From NCBI GenBank assembly GCA_051362555.1, contig CM120647.1, forward strand, positions 11,508,651 through 11,572,650: 64,000 nt of DNA, given 5' to 3'. The position numbers and the translations under genes are program-made. Under the pieces are notes generated by a model. The model worked only from the letters and a program-made list of their open reading frames with translations, did no database searches and was not told the DNA's origin. Below are positions 12,159 through 25,870 of this stretch, in pieces (position 1 is the stretch's first letter; each line of letters starts with the position of its first letter). This DNA comes from Lingula anatina. Taxonomy: Eukaryota > Animalia > Brachiopoda.

Positions 12159-14455
12159 CTATATGCATTAATTTTTTTCTATTTAAATATCAGATTCTAT
12201 AGTCAAAGATATTAATTACAAAAAATTATCTAATTAGAAGCTAAAAATAAAGGGCAATCATACAGAAAAAAACTCAACCATGCAAACCTACAAACATGTA
12301 AGGAAGACAAATATCAATCTACCTACTTGCAAGATAGAGAGAAAACATATATACTAGCTATTAAATAACCTTTAAGCAAAAGCTAAAACTTGACTTTAGT
12401 TTATATACCAAGAAGCACAAACTCCAGACTCAAATAAGCAAAAACTTGGTGTACAATTAAGATCAGTCATTCTCCTGACTGTTCATATCATAACAAAGAT
12501 ATCTAAGCCATAACAATTAAAAAATCATCAGGAATAGGGATCCAATGAGACAGCCCAAAACCTAACCACTAAGCATGGAATCTAGTGAGATTTCACAGCA
12601 TATAGAGGAGAGCGGGTTCAAAATAACAGCAGACCAGAGAGTGCGGTATGGCCATAAACTTTAACTGACAATATTCTTTCATAGATGGTTTGTGGTTGCT
12701 TTCTCTTTTTAAAATTCTTGAAAGTCTACTGCACAACTGAGCTGTTTTGCTTTTGCATTTAAAATCTTATATTGCTTTCTAGGACACCATTCCATTCAAA
12801 ACCATTTCAAATTTCCCATGTTATTAACAAATATCTAAGTGTGTGCCAACTAGCTATGAGGTATTTCTCATCAATATTTGAATAACAAAATATATGTTCA
12901 ACTTAACCTACAGCTGGCATATTATAACAATATTAAATCATTTTTTCACAACCATATATAAACATTTTAACCACGCATAAACAAGCATGGATAAGTCAAA
13001 TGGATTTTCAAATATTTCGTTGACCCATGTCAAAGCTGCTCAATATTCAAATGCTTTTTCTGTTTTTTCAAAAGCACACGAGAGTAAAAATAGACAAGTT
13101 GTAAAAATAGTATCATTGAACATAAATTCCTTGGTTTCAGTGTTGAACACTGCAAAATAAAATTTGTGCTTAACGTGGCAAATAACTGAGCCATAAACCA
13201 ATCATGCATAGTGCATGGAACATAACTGCCTGTCTGGATTTCACAAACAAAAAGGAACTGGTTGAATGATCTTGTGAAGTTTAAAAACATCCTTCCTCTC
13301 AATTCATAGTTTGTGAGTCTTGGCACATGCAGAATGGTGCTGTTGTAATGATACATTATTGTGTGCAATTCTCCATGGTTGTTAATACTGCTGCCGTTGT
13401 CACTGTTACTGTCTTCTTTACGTCACAGTCAGCCGGGTAACTTCAACCCTAGAATACAATTGACAAGGAAGGGATCAGAACGAGTGACGAGAGTGAAAAA
13501 TTGTCCTCAAAAGTGTGTGCACCACAGCAACAGTGCAGAGGTCCAGAAAGACACTGCAGTCAAATGCAAACCACAGCAAAACAAACATCAAATCATGAGT
13601 CGGGCATACAGGTGCAGGGCTCTAGCTTGTGATTCAAGCAACATTGTGATCATCCAATCAAAATGCAACATGCATAACACCATGCACAATGTCCAAATTA
13701 ATTGTATATCTGAACCAGAAAGTAAAAGTGTAGGTCTAGGAGTTGGGAATTTAATTTCTAATTTTCAAAAAAAAAAAAAAAAAAAAAAAAAAGTTCATTC
13801 AGATAATCGATGTCATTTGGACCTGAATCAGTCCAAAACAGAATCTGTCTGAACAATCCTTTCTTTTTAAATTTACTCAAAAATGTTTCACACAACAAAA
13901 CTTTGCAACAATATCTGTAATTTCCATTTCACTGTCATTCTACAATAGCCAAAACAAGCTGTTTTGATTGTGCCATGCATTCCAATATGAGATCAAAATA
14001 TTGCCTTAATCACAGCAAATATGCCTTCTATAAAGCTAGCTGGCACGCGTCACCTGTTTCATGCAGTTATGATGTCCCATGATCCTCTGCTTTCACCAAT
14101 ACAACTATTATACCTCCCGTTTCACCATGTTTGTCATTGGTTATTTTCCTTTTGTTCCGATTGATAGTTTACACTTCCCATCTCACCTCATCTTTATAAT
14201 TAGATTCTTAGTTTCTTTTTCTCTTTCAGTTAAACTTATCAACCAACCAACTTAGTATACAAATAAATGTCATCAACTCCATAGCATGCAGTAAATACAA
14301 TTGGGCAATTCGTATACAGCACAATCTACATAGCACTACTTTAACCAAAAATCAGCCTTTTATGTATAATCAACCACCAGGTGCAGCTTTTAACTTCCTC
14401 ATAACCTGATGCGAATAGTAAGACTGATCTTTGATTTAGACTAAACTAAGTTTAA

Positions 14456-14790
14456 GGTGGGACTGCAGGTGGGAGATTTTTTCTTAAATTAAATGTCTTA
14501 GCTTTTTTTTCATTCCTGTTGCATTCTTTTAATGTATCTTCAAAACATATAATTATGCTTGAAACATAGTGCATCATGTGATGTAATATTGGGATATTTT
14601 GGGCAAAAACATCATTTTTGGTTTCCTGATTTTTCTCAGGCACCTGGACAGCTATAAACTTGCTGTTAATGGTATTATAACACTTGAACAAAGTATTACA
14701 AAAGGGTTCAGGGATTTTTCTGTAAAGACTTACTGTTAATTTTATCTATGAAAAACCTTATTTTTAGCCCTATTTGAGTACAGTCCCACC
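14456..14790. mobile_element. Non-autonomous TIR element with TTAA target duplication (Kolobok-like)
   Basis: TTAA|GGTGGGACTG ... CAGTCCCACC|TTAA. Confidence 0.7.
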
Positions 14791-16678
14791 TTAAATATGT
14801 ATCTTTAGTCTTAACTTTCAAGAAGAGCTGAAGCGTTCTTATGCTGCCTTTGATTGAACTATTCTACGTTCATGTGTACAGAGTTCTTTGTTTTAAGTGA
14901 TACCGTCTATACATCTGCCAAATATTAAATGTAGACTGAATAGGAAGTAGTATGTTATACAATGTATACCAACCTGCTGGTTAGTAACATCCGTGCAAGC
15001 TTCACCCCCCAAAAAAAATAACCTTACTGACCACATTCCAATAGATTACCTGAACCATAAACGTCTGCTAAATTCTGTATAGTGTACATGCTCAATAAAA
15101 TAGAGCGATGTACATTTTTTTTTTTCTTGGAACAAGTTGCCATGCAAAATTTGCTCTTACAAGTGACAGGTATTTCAATTACAACTGACACAGTAAAATG
15201 ATGTTTTAATGGCCATGGTCAGATTTTCTTATCATCAACTCATGCTGATTTCAGTATCTCTAAAATATTGCATTTAGAAATCAAGCTTTCAAATATGGGA
15301 TTTTTTTTTATAAGCAAGCCAGGATAATAGCAGTAAAATAGCAGAGTAGGATTGATTTGCAAAAAGCAATCAGCTACGAAGAAGCTTGCTTCTACCAATC
15401 ATATGTTTTAATATAATCCAGCTTGACCAGGGCAATGAAAGAAAAAATTACCATGGCAACAGCCAATATTATAGCTAGATATGATCAATGAAAGTACTGC
15501 CTTTATGTGCAATGTGCATTAATTTTACAAAATTTACTACCATGTTTTCCAATTTATTATAGATATATGTTGATTTATTCTGATCATAAAAAAGGCAAAT
15601 TTTGCATTTATGGCACCACTAGAAATTGGAGAAGACATACTGCAATTATAATATCAGTTTTTTTTCACCAAATTCTAAAAGTGAAAGTAAAGAAAGCATA
15701 TCATTTCAACTAAGATATGTGCTGCCATCTATCATCTATTTACACGTGAACACTAGGGCCATCTATCAATGTCTTTCTTCAAAGACAGAAGTGCCATCTA
15801 TCCAAAAGTCGCCTTGAAAGCAGTTCAGATCACAACCATAGTGAAGCCAGAGAAGCCAAACAAAACATCACAACCTCTAAAGATTAGTTTTACACACCAC
15901 CCTGTTTCATATGCATATTCTGCAAATACTTCAGGCTCAAGCCCACAAATGTTTTTTTTTTTTTTTTATACAGTTCGATAGTCAAACGTTGAAAACAATT
16001 TGAGATAAATCAATTAAATTTCCAAAGAAATAAAATAGGACTTTCTCATTTTCCTTTCTTTGAAAATAAATTGAGGCAAGCAATAGCAAATTAAAAAAGA
16101 AATAGAATTATTATTTCGTGTCTTTTTTTTCTTTTGGCCAAACAGGGCAAGTGCAGGTAAGTATATGCATATTACTTTAATATATAATATATAATATATA
16201 ATATATTATATATCAAGTTGACCAGTACATGTGTATATACAGTATATATCATGCATGTATATATACACCTATGTAAACAAAGTGGTACTAATCCAATTCC
16301 AACCACTGCAAGCTCATCACTTCAAGATATATTTCATCATTATTAAGTATAATTTAAATATTATAATTTTGGTATCTATTAAGTATTCTGTACAAACTTT
16401 GTGTATAATTATATGTATAGAACAGTACTAGTAATTAACAATATTAACAGATTCTCATGGAATGGTCGCTTAAAAAATTTAACCCGATTATTAATCTTTA
16501 TAACAATGTTGTATTATAAGGTGATTCATATACAACTACTTCCTTTTCTATTTGATTGTTATTATTGTTATGTAGTTATCTAGTGATTTTAAACATTTTA
16601 AAACAGACTAATTAACACTACTGTAGTCTTTTAAGAGATACTTTCTATCTCTAAGCACCTAATTATCACAATTATTCC

Positions 16679-17457
16679 CTATAACCTTTGCTCAATTTTG
16701 TGACAACTGACAAGCGTTACAGTGGATCGCAACTCGCTGGGCGTCTGGCCCTCAGAATACCTCTCATTGGAATTCACTTGGGTGTCAGGGTGCGCGATTT
16801 CGTTAGAATGGCCCTCGTCCTGCGTGGGCGGCTTGTATAGACAGAAAGCCAGGATGAAGAGAACAAGCGAGATGGACTTCCCGCAGACTCCAATGAATAA
16901 CAAGTAGGTGCCCATCTTGCTGTTGTCGTAGACGTAGCAGGCACCTTTCTCTCCGCAGGAATCCTGCCATAGGTGGCAGGTCAGGTCTATGATGGCCCCA
17001 AAGAGAATCCCTGCAGGAATCGTCCCTGGAAGAAGTCAAAGACAACATTACCTATTATTCAGCACACACTGTCCAAGGAAAAAAAATAAATGGCTTGTAT
17101 TTCTCTGAAAGAGCAACAGAGTGAAAAAATAAGAGTTTGTACTGAAGGAGAACAAACAGTGAAGAATTCTGATGTTAATTAATTCGTGTAGGCTATAGAT
17201 AATAATCATAAGTTTAAACTTTAAGTTATACCTCACAAAGCACTGACATTCTTCAACCTGTGTTATTATGAAACCAAGCACTTTTCACCAATGACGTAGC
17301 AGTAATAGAAAGTATATGATACTAAACAGTGAGGTGCAAAAGTAGACAAGACTGGCTATGAACCATGCCTAGCTTTACTTCTACCTACCTAGGCATCGTA
17401 CCAGTATCCACTGTATACCCAGGGCAAAGGACTTCTGACTCTCTGGGACACACCTAG

Positions 17458-17516
<59 letters not shown>

Positions 17517-20500
17517 TTATTGAATAAATTAAAAAAAAAAAAACATTCTAAAAACATTCTAAAATAAAAATAAAAAAAGCCAGCAGCTGGATAAACATTC
17601 CTGCAAATATCTATGAAATTTAAAAACTCAACACCGTAAGAAAAAAATATCACTTAGCAAAAAGATTGCTTTAGCACATCATTGCTGGAAACTAGCAACA
17701 ATCACCAAATTAATGGTCAGTCTTTTCAGTTCACTTAGTTCCATCTTATATCACATTACCAGACAGTTAACTTGAATACACTGTCTGCCCCTTTGCCAAA
17801 ATCCCCACCGAAATAGACCAGTTCTGCTAGTATGATAACCTTTATGTTGAATACAGTCATAAAGTTAATCTCACTAGGCATTAAAGGTAAAGTATAAAGT
17901 TTATCTCACCTGAGAGTAGCACTGAGAGCAGGCATGCTGCCTATAAAGGTAAACAACATCACAAAGGCAAACACGGGTAGGAAGATATACAGGTAAATAC
18001 AGTCACTCTCACACTTCCCCAGGGATGCCATGTAGCCATCTTGTTGACTACTGCTGCCATCTATACATGAACAGTTGTAGTAGTACTGAAATAGAAACAA
18101 ACAGGAAGATGTACAGGTAAATACATTCACTATCACCCAGGACAATCTCAACTGCCACAATGACAAATGTGGTATCTCAACCATGACAATCTCAACTGCC
18201 ACAATGACAATTGTGGTATCTCAACCACGACAATCTCAACTGCCACAATGACAATTGTGGTATCTCAACCAGGACAATCTCAACTGCCACAATAACAATT
18301 GTGGTATCTCAACCAGGGCAATCTCTTCATCAAGTTTTTAAACTTGATGAAGAGATTAAAATTAATTTAAAAGTTAGACTTGGTCAGTCAGAATGAGCTC
18401 GTTGACAGATGCTTTGCATGACTTAGTATCAGTGGGGATACCTCTGCAGCTGTATCTTAAAAATAATTATTTCTCATATTCAAAATTTGTCACTGCCTAT
18501 TTTAATAAACTATATCAAATTGTTTCAAGGTAACATATATTTGAAGTCTTGACTCAGCCATTAATGGAATTCCTCTCTAGTTCTGCCCCTACTGTTAAAA
18601 CTTCTTTCCTATATTACAGCATATTGTGGAAAATCTTTCTTAAAACTGGTAATACCATGTATTGAACAAAAAAAGTTTTGCCACCTGTTGTAAAAATATA
18701 TATTAACTGCCACTGGTGGTGCCACCTATTGTCAATTTCCTCACCTTATTATCACCCTTGTCCTCCTCAGTAAGACATCCAGCGTGACACGGAGAGTAGT
18801 ACATGACACCGTCCACGCCACACACTGTGTCATAATTCTCCCTGGGACAGCCACAGTCCATGTTACAGCTGTCTGTGAGGTTGACTGAGCTGATGGGTGT
18901 GGAACTGGAAATGATTAGAGTATTTGTACAAGTTATCTCTTAGCTTTGGTAGTTCCTTTAAATACTGTTACATTAACAGGAGTCAAAAGGTGTGACACCC
19001 TGACTCACCTGTTAACATAGGCAGTGTTGACACCAGCAAACTTCCCATTAGGACACTGCACCAGGAAGATGAGGACGAGGAGGAGGGACATGATGGTGGT
19101 GAGGATGCACAGCTTAATGATTCCTCGACACTTTAAGTCGAACCTCTTTACGAAGTATCCACCCAGAAATGTGCCCCCACCTCCAGCTGGGATCACTGCA
19201 AAACCTGGAAATGTGGATTAACATCAGTTTGAAGACTTAGTTTGACTTTACACAGAATATTAACATAGTCAGTGTTTCATGCAAATTGCGACTTAAAAAC
19301 TGACTCCATGCCAAATGCTAATAAAACTGAAACCAAGGTTATAAATTTTGTTCAGCATCATTTTTTTTAAACTTTGAGCAAGTAGGTGTTCTGTTAACTG
19401 TCTTGCTTCTGGTCAATAATTTTCTGATCACCAGTAGGATGGAATTATCTTGTCATAAACTGTATGAGGGGTGACAGTAACATTGTATTTGATGTGCAGT
19501 TGCCAAATATGTTAGGTGTAACAGTGACATTGAGTTAGACGTGACAAATATGTATCAAGTACTCACCGACCACTGTAGCTGCCCAGGAGGAAGACAAACT
19601 GAACTGGTACTCTACAAACTTTGGAGCAAAAGCAGTGAAACCACTCAACAACAGACCTGAAATTAAAACCATAAATATTAACTGTACCCAGGAATGCCGC
19701 CTTATGGAGTTTCTCAACACATTGTGTAAGGTGTGACAAAGACATTCCATTTTTTTTCAAAAGAAGTATCAACTGTACCCAGAAAAGCCAAAACTTGAAT
19801 TCTTGAAAACTTGAAGCTGGATTTAAATTAGGATTCAATTCTGACACAAATGTAATCCAATTTTTTTCACATGCAGCACATTTAGAACAATCAATCTATG
19901 CATTTTAAACACATAGTCTTATACAAAACGCCTCAAGATATTTGTTGCTTCAGAGAAGTCTTTTCTTGACCAGTAAATGTTGACAGCTTGTGAAGTGAAG
20001 TCTATTCAATTTCAGCACAATATCTTTATCAAAAGGTTCAGCTCCATAAAAAAAGTACATACCCTCTGAGGCCCCAGCCAGGTTCAGAAACATGTATGTT
20101 GGATTCAGAAGCAGAACCTTGACAGCTCTAGGAAGCGTTTTTAGGCTCTCCCAGCCTTTGGTTTGTCTGACCCCCTCCGACCCCTTATACGCCTCTGAGA
20201 CACGGAGCTTTCTCAGCTTTGCAGCACCTATAAAAAAATTGCTTATCTATAGCATTCTGAACTCTCAGAGCCTTTGGTCACCATTGCTTATGACTCTAAT
20301 GGGTAGGGCTGCCATTTTGCAGCTTTAGAAAACTAATTTTTAAAATTTAAGTTTGAATATGTTGTTTGGTTCTCTGTTGGGTATTACTCAGGCCCTTTCT
20401 ATATAACATACTTACTAAATGTACCAAAATGGCAGATTTTTATCAACACCCTTTGAAAGTTCAGATCATTTATTTTGGATGCCACTTTACAATAACATGA

Positions 20501-23500
20501 CAGAACCTTGATATCTGTTGGACTTATGCCAAACTTTATGTCAAGCAATGCTTTTTAAGTGATCAAGTTCAGCCAACATAGCAGAAAAAATTCGCTCTAT
20601 GAAATTTAATTAAGATAAAGTTTGCTTTTTAATCTTGTTTCTACCACTGAATAAGAATGTTCAAATTTTAAGAAAGAATGACTTAAAATACAGTATCTGT
20701 AAAATTCATAATTTTCCCCCATTAAAAAATCAAGTTATTAACATATCTAGATCAGGTTAAATTTTTTTTTTAATTTTAAAAAAATGGCCATCAGCCCTGC
20801 TGTCTCACCTGGTAGAGATTTGGGGAAGCCCAGAAGACATATGGCTACCAATATTCCTAAGACACCGCTGAAGATAAACCCTATCCACCACGCTCCAACC
20901 CAGGTAGGACTCCCAGGGTACTGCTTCAAGCTGGAATGTTAGTTTGTTAATGTTATAAAACAACTGGTGTAAAGTTTAACTCAAAGGTAGGACTCCCGGG
21001 GTACTGCTTCAAGCTGGAATATATTATAAAATAACTGGTGTAAAGTTTAACTCAAAGGTAGGGTTTCTGGGGTACTGCTTCAAGCTGGAATGTTAATTTG
21101 TTAATATTATAAAACAACTGGTGTAAAGTTTAACTCAAAGGTAGGACTCCCGGGGTACTGCTTCAAGCTGGAATGTTAATTTGTTAATGTTATAAAACAA
21201 CTGGTGTAAAGTTTAACTCAAAGGTAGGACTCCCGGGGTACTGCTTCAAGCTGGAATGTTAATTTGTTGATGTTATAACATAACTGGTGTAAAGTGAAAC
21301 TAAAAGGTGGGGTTCCTGGGATATTGTTTTAAGCTGGAGTATTGATTTTATTACTGCTTTTACTGACAAAGTTTACTAAAGGATCAGAGAAGTGATGATA
21401 CCACCTCCAGGTCTTGTACCACCAGCAGGATTAAGTGCAATCGAGTGCAATGGTGAGGCTCCCAGGGTATTGCTTTAATACCTGGCTGGGATATGGATTT
21501 GTTACTATTACAAAATATCTGTTGCAAAACCAACCAACAGTGAAGTTGATAAGTAGTGATGCAAGGCTGGAATTATCTGACAGTGTATTTTATTATTTGT
21601 TTTTGATGATGAAAATAATCAATTTTCAGATGTTAATTGCAGTTGCAAATGGTTAAGCAGCTCTAGGGACTGATGTGTCAGCAACAGGGACTGTGATGAC
21701 ACAGACACACTTCACAGGACTCACCTGACGGGGTCTACAGAGGGATCTGTATAAATATTAAGGAACTGTCCTCCTGCCAGGAAACCTATTGCTGGACCCA
21801 CTATGGCAAATGTGTAATATATACCTGGGGAAGATAGAAAAATAATGAAAGAAAAAAATAGGGAAGCGTGAAAGCAGACCAGAATTGAATTAAAATGGAT
21901 AAAAATTATGGTTGCATGGATCAGAAACATTATATTAATTGGATATAAAGTTCATATATGTGCTAAAATTTATTCAAGAGGTTGGAGAATTTAAAAAATT
22001 TTAAAATTCAATCTCAAAAAAATAGGAAAATAAGATTTATTCATAGTAGAATTAATCTTCATTCAAAATTTTACAAAAAAATTGATGTGCAATTAGATGT
22101 ACATCTAGATTTGTTCATATCAATGCATATCAATAAAATAACTGTTGTTTGCATATGCCATTTGCATATATCTAGAAAATACATTAAATAATCACTGTTA
22201 GAAAAAACTTACCAACATATAAGGAAGTTAATTTAGGTTTTAGATTTTCATCCAGATATGTCACTCCTAACGTATACAGAGGGGTGGCACCCGCTCCATG
22301 TAACAGCTGTGCCAGTATAAACACATATTTATAGTCCGACAACTTGTTTTGACTAACGTCACATAATGATGTGGAATTCTGGGATAGTGAGCAATATTTA
22401 ACGACTCCGCCCTCTGCGACAATATAAGGTCCAGTAGTGAAATGCGGGAGCGCAAATACGATGGAGCCGATCCCCATAACAAGAACACCATAGCCCAGCC
22501 AACGAGGTTTGTGGCCAATGCCGCCAAAGTAACTGACAGGAAGGAGGCAGATCACTGACGCCACATCGTACATGCTGAAGATGGTTCCACTCACAGAGCT
22601 GGGAAGATCGTAACGTCGCTCGATAGATGATAGCACAACACTCACAAAACCATTTACTATCATCCCCTGAAGAAAATAAAAAAAAGTTGTTGTAAATTTC
22701 TGCTCTAAATTCACCACTTCCTTTTGTAATTAGCTCTTAAAATCAAAACATAAAAATATATCAAGGCTAACTTTGATGTCTTTTAGGCTTAGCAGACACA
22801 GAGCAGTACATTACTAGTGCCGCCCTTAATTTAAAATAATCATTAACAGAGGTCAGGAATTATCAGGCCAAGTGCTGCCATCTATAGCTAATTTCAAATA
22901 ACCTCCCCCCCCCCCACACGCACACACACACACACAAACACACACATACACATTCTAGTGCTAGGATTGGCAAATGGTTATGGCAAGCTTAAATGTACTT
23001 TTAATGAGGTAACATGAAGCAGGCATCAATCAATCAATATGTCCTCCAAACTAATGGAGTCTTCTACAGCTTCAGCATGAATCTTTCTTGGCCATCAACC
23101 CTTTACAGGCAGTTAATGTCAAATGCCATTGATCAGAGAGGGAGAGATGTGCACAGCTATTTGATTTTTGTTCACCAGAGAGGTTTTCAAGTTATCAAAA
23201 AGGAGAGGTCAATCACAGTTGCACAGAGTACTAATATGTGGTGCCTTAATGCGTGAAATTTATTTATTCATTTTTGGGGATGGGGGGCCCGGGGGGGGGG
23301 GCATAATGGCAATTTCAGACATGATTTATTTGTTGTTCGATTTCAAATTTTACAAACTTATCTGCTTTTTGATAAAAATTTAACAAACTTATCTGTTGTT
23401 TGATATAAATTCACCTATCTATTTACTAACTTAATCATTCAGTCTTGATCTACCTACACATTTACTTAATATTCATTTATTAGATCCAAAATTATCAAAG

Positions 23501-24079
23501 GCTGGGATAGTGCTGGCAATTTTCCTCTCAGTCAAATCACTACTTTTTCATCACATTTTTTTTTTCTACAAATGGTTTAAATTTGACTTAAACAAGTCAA
23601 ATCAACCATATTTTGTTTAGCCAACTAAGGTCAGTTTTAGTATTTTGCTAAATTGGCGAGTGTTAGCGCTACCCCAAAAAATAGAACAGCTTATGACTCA
23701 CCTGGAGGGCCCCTGCCCAGCATAGACAAAACAGGACCCACTTGGGGCTCCTAAACCTCTGCAAGAACCCTGGTTTCACACTCCTCCATCCACACTCCTC
23801 CTCCTCATCATCCTCATCCTCGTCATCATCAACCACCGACCCTGAGGTCAACGACCCTGAGGTGACTGACCTGTCGCCCTCGCCCTGAGCTGCCTGGTCT
23901 CGGTCCACCTCCCCCGGGAGATGTGGGGGTTTAGTGTGCGCGGATTCTTTATTGTCTGTTGTCATGGCTGGTTTGTGATCGCCATCACTGACGTGAATGT
24001 CGTTTTCGTTTTGGGGACTAGATGATGTGCCGTTTGTTGATATGTGGGTGTGTTTTGTAGAATCTTCCGTCTCTGTCAT
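16679..24079 (-). CDS. SLCO4: Solute carrier organic anion transporter (OATP), SLCO4A1/4C1-like; 11 coding exons, 750 aa
   Basis: Exons: 24079-23702, 22666-22213, 21824-21725, 20930-20809, 20227-20063, 19656-19567, 19204-19009, 18904-18745, 18085-17910, 17453-17389, 17025-16679, 2253 nt total. Contains IERRYDL, HKPRWLG, PLYTLGVTYLDEN, the OATP signature WVGAWWIGF, a Kazal-like Cys loop (CNMDCGC...VCGVDGVMYYSPCHAGC) and SFALGIQW. Confidence 0.93.
18141..18325. repeat. 44-bp minisatellite, about 4.2 copies, in SLCO intron 8
   Basis: GACAATCTCAACTGCCACAATGACAATTGTGGTATCTCAACCA(T/C/G) units start at 18141, 18185, 18229, 18273 and 18317. Confidence 0.92.
20903..21345 (-). repeat. 83-bp tandem repeat (5-6 units) copying the SLCO exon 4 acceptor and first 28 exon nt
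   Basis: GTAGGACTCC-type units start at 20904, 20987, 21058 (71-nt deleted unit), 21141, 21224 and 21307. More degenerate copies extend to about 21580. Confidence 0.9.
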
Positions 24080-25204
24080 GCTTTGTTATTGATCTGTGTC
24101 AAGACCTAAGCTGAGACGGACTGAGATACTGTGGATTTCAATAAATAATTGGCATCTGATTTCAGTGTTAGCAAAGGATCCAGACTTCACAAATGACATG
24201 AAAAAAATTCACAATTCTTAAAATTGTTCTTTGGACAATCAAAATTTCTGTTCAGCACAGCAGTAATCGGTTGGTATCCTGTAACTGGTCCAGTGGTGTC
24301 CATTAACTGGGTCAGTTTGTGAAAGGTTGAGAATGCAGGTTCGGTCAGCAGTGTCAGGTCATGGTTCCACTCAACAACACATGGTGAAAGACTTCGGGCA
24401 CACTTGAAGAACTACAAAAATATTTTAAAAAACTGACAATACTGAAATAAATACAATCAACTTCTGTTACTAGTACATATGTCAATACTAGTATTTTGTA
24501 AACTCAATTCATTTAATAACTTGAATACATACATTTTATCCATTTACTCTTTCTCACGTGTTTATTTTATTTTTACAGTTCATTACTCTCTTCCAGATAC
24601 AGTAAATAGATTGAAATTAATTATCTGTGCCTTAATCTGATTCTATTTCAGCGTAAATTTCAAATGCTTAGTGGGGTTATTTATTTTCCACGTCTCTATA
24701 CATACCTGCAGTTATATTTACAGCATATAAAAATGGGACCATTTGGAGAAAAGCGTTAAGCTAGCATGATCATATTTCATACTGAGTCTGCCCTATCGCC
24801 AATGCAACCTTCAGTGTAATTAAGCAATACCCCGCCAATGAAATTATTATCACTTTTATCATCAACATCTCTTGAAATTATTGACTCATTATCAGCTAAA
24901 ACATTACCCCGTTTACACAAAGCCGTAAATCAAACGAGGTAGATGTTAATATGTTCAACTTCATTTTCTGATGACTTCCTTGAATGACCCAGTCACGGAA
25001 AGGTCGACGTCTTAAAAATGTCAATAAAAAAGTCTAAATACTGACGACGTGGATTTCGAGGTAAACAATGTTGAAGGCGCAGCAACAAGCCACCGTTTCT
25101 GACTTAAAATCACTCATCTAAACAAAATCGTTTCATATATAAACACTTTACAATCTTAACCATCAAAATATGGTGAATTTTAGCATAAATTTCTCTTCAC
25201 TTAC

Positions 25205-25320
25205 CAGAATAGTATCCGTTAATATCACGTATGGAGCTTGGCTGCCATGCCGCTCAGGAAATTAGGTCAAGGTCATTTATGTTTACGATAGGGGGCGTGG
25301 ATCACGAGACCTATCAGCAT
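25205..25320 (-). promoter_or_regulatory. Probable non-coding first exon and proximal promoter of the SLCO gene
   Basis: Strong donor CTG|GTAAGTG at about 25204 and a candidate acceptor TATTTCAG at about 24442, upstream of the ATG. GC-box-like GGGGGCGTGG at 25291-25300 in a locally CpG-richer patch. Inferred only, with no transcript data. Confidence 0.4.
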
Positions 25321-25599
25321 GCAGCATACCAAGGTCTCTTGAACTGACCTGTAAAAAGTGCAAAACTACAGAATAATGTACGGACCTTGCTTGAAGCGAG
25401 GTCTGTCTTAAGACGTAGCTTTATAACTTACTTTGGACGCTAAAACTTTTCAATTTAGAGTTTATATACTTAATTACATGCATGTAGGCCTACTTGAGCT
25501 GCACCTAAACAAAAAAAAATGTTTTTTTTTTTTAATCTTCTTTAATTTGACTCTAAAACTCATGACTTAAAGTAAAACATATTCTGGCAGGCCTACGTT

Positions 25600-25870
25600 C
25601 AGGGGCGGGTCCAGGATTATTTGAAGTGGGGGGGGGGGGGGGGGTTCGCGGATGCGAAGCTGACCGGTATACCCCCCCCCCCCCCCGGCCCCCCCCCCTT
25701 TGGCGTAGGTGAAGGGCCCCGAAATTTTTGGTATTTTAGAGGGCGAACGGTGCCATTTGGAACGGTTTAGAACTATGATTCAGCTGGTCAAAATTCTAAT
25801 TTCAAGAGGGGTCCTTTATAATGTTTTGTTTTTTTTTTCTTTTTCAGAAATGGAAGGGGGGGTCAGGACA
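25600..25870. mobile_element. G/C-run MITE family; copies at about 25600-25870, 28997-29263 and 34301-34498
   Basis: CAGGGGCGG...poly-G...GGTATTTTAGAGGGC(G/A)AACGG...CAAAATTCTAA is shared. The 29263 copy ends AAATCCGCCACTG, and the 34301 copy is flanked by GATCC on both sides. Confidence 0.8.

Noticed and set aside
13525-13570. Possible pre-miRNA hairpin
   Set aside because: Pairing is short and imperfect, and I recognise no known miRNA sequence.
13361-13852. 163-aa plus-strand ORF with a signal-peptide-like start
   Set aside because: Non-ATG start, runs through a poly-A tract, and has no recognisable domain or supporting splice structure.
18141-18325. CRISPR-like regular repeats (also 20903-21345 and 28150-28612)
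   Set aside because: Units are contiguous with no unique spacers, there are no cas genes, and the context is eukaryotic introns.
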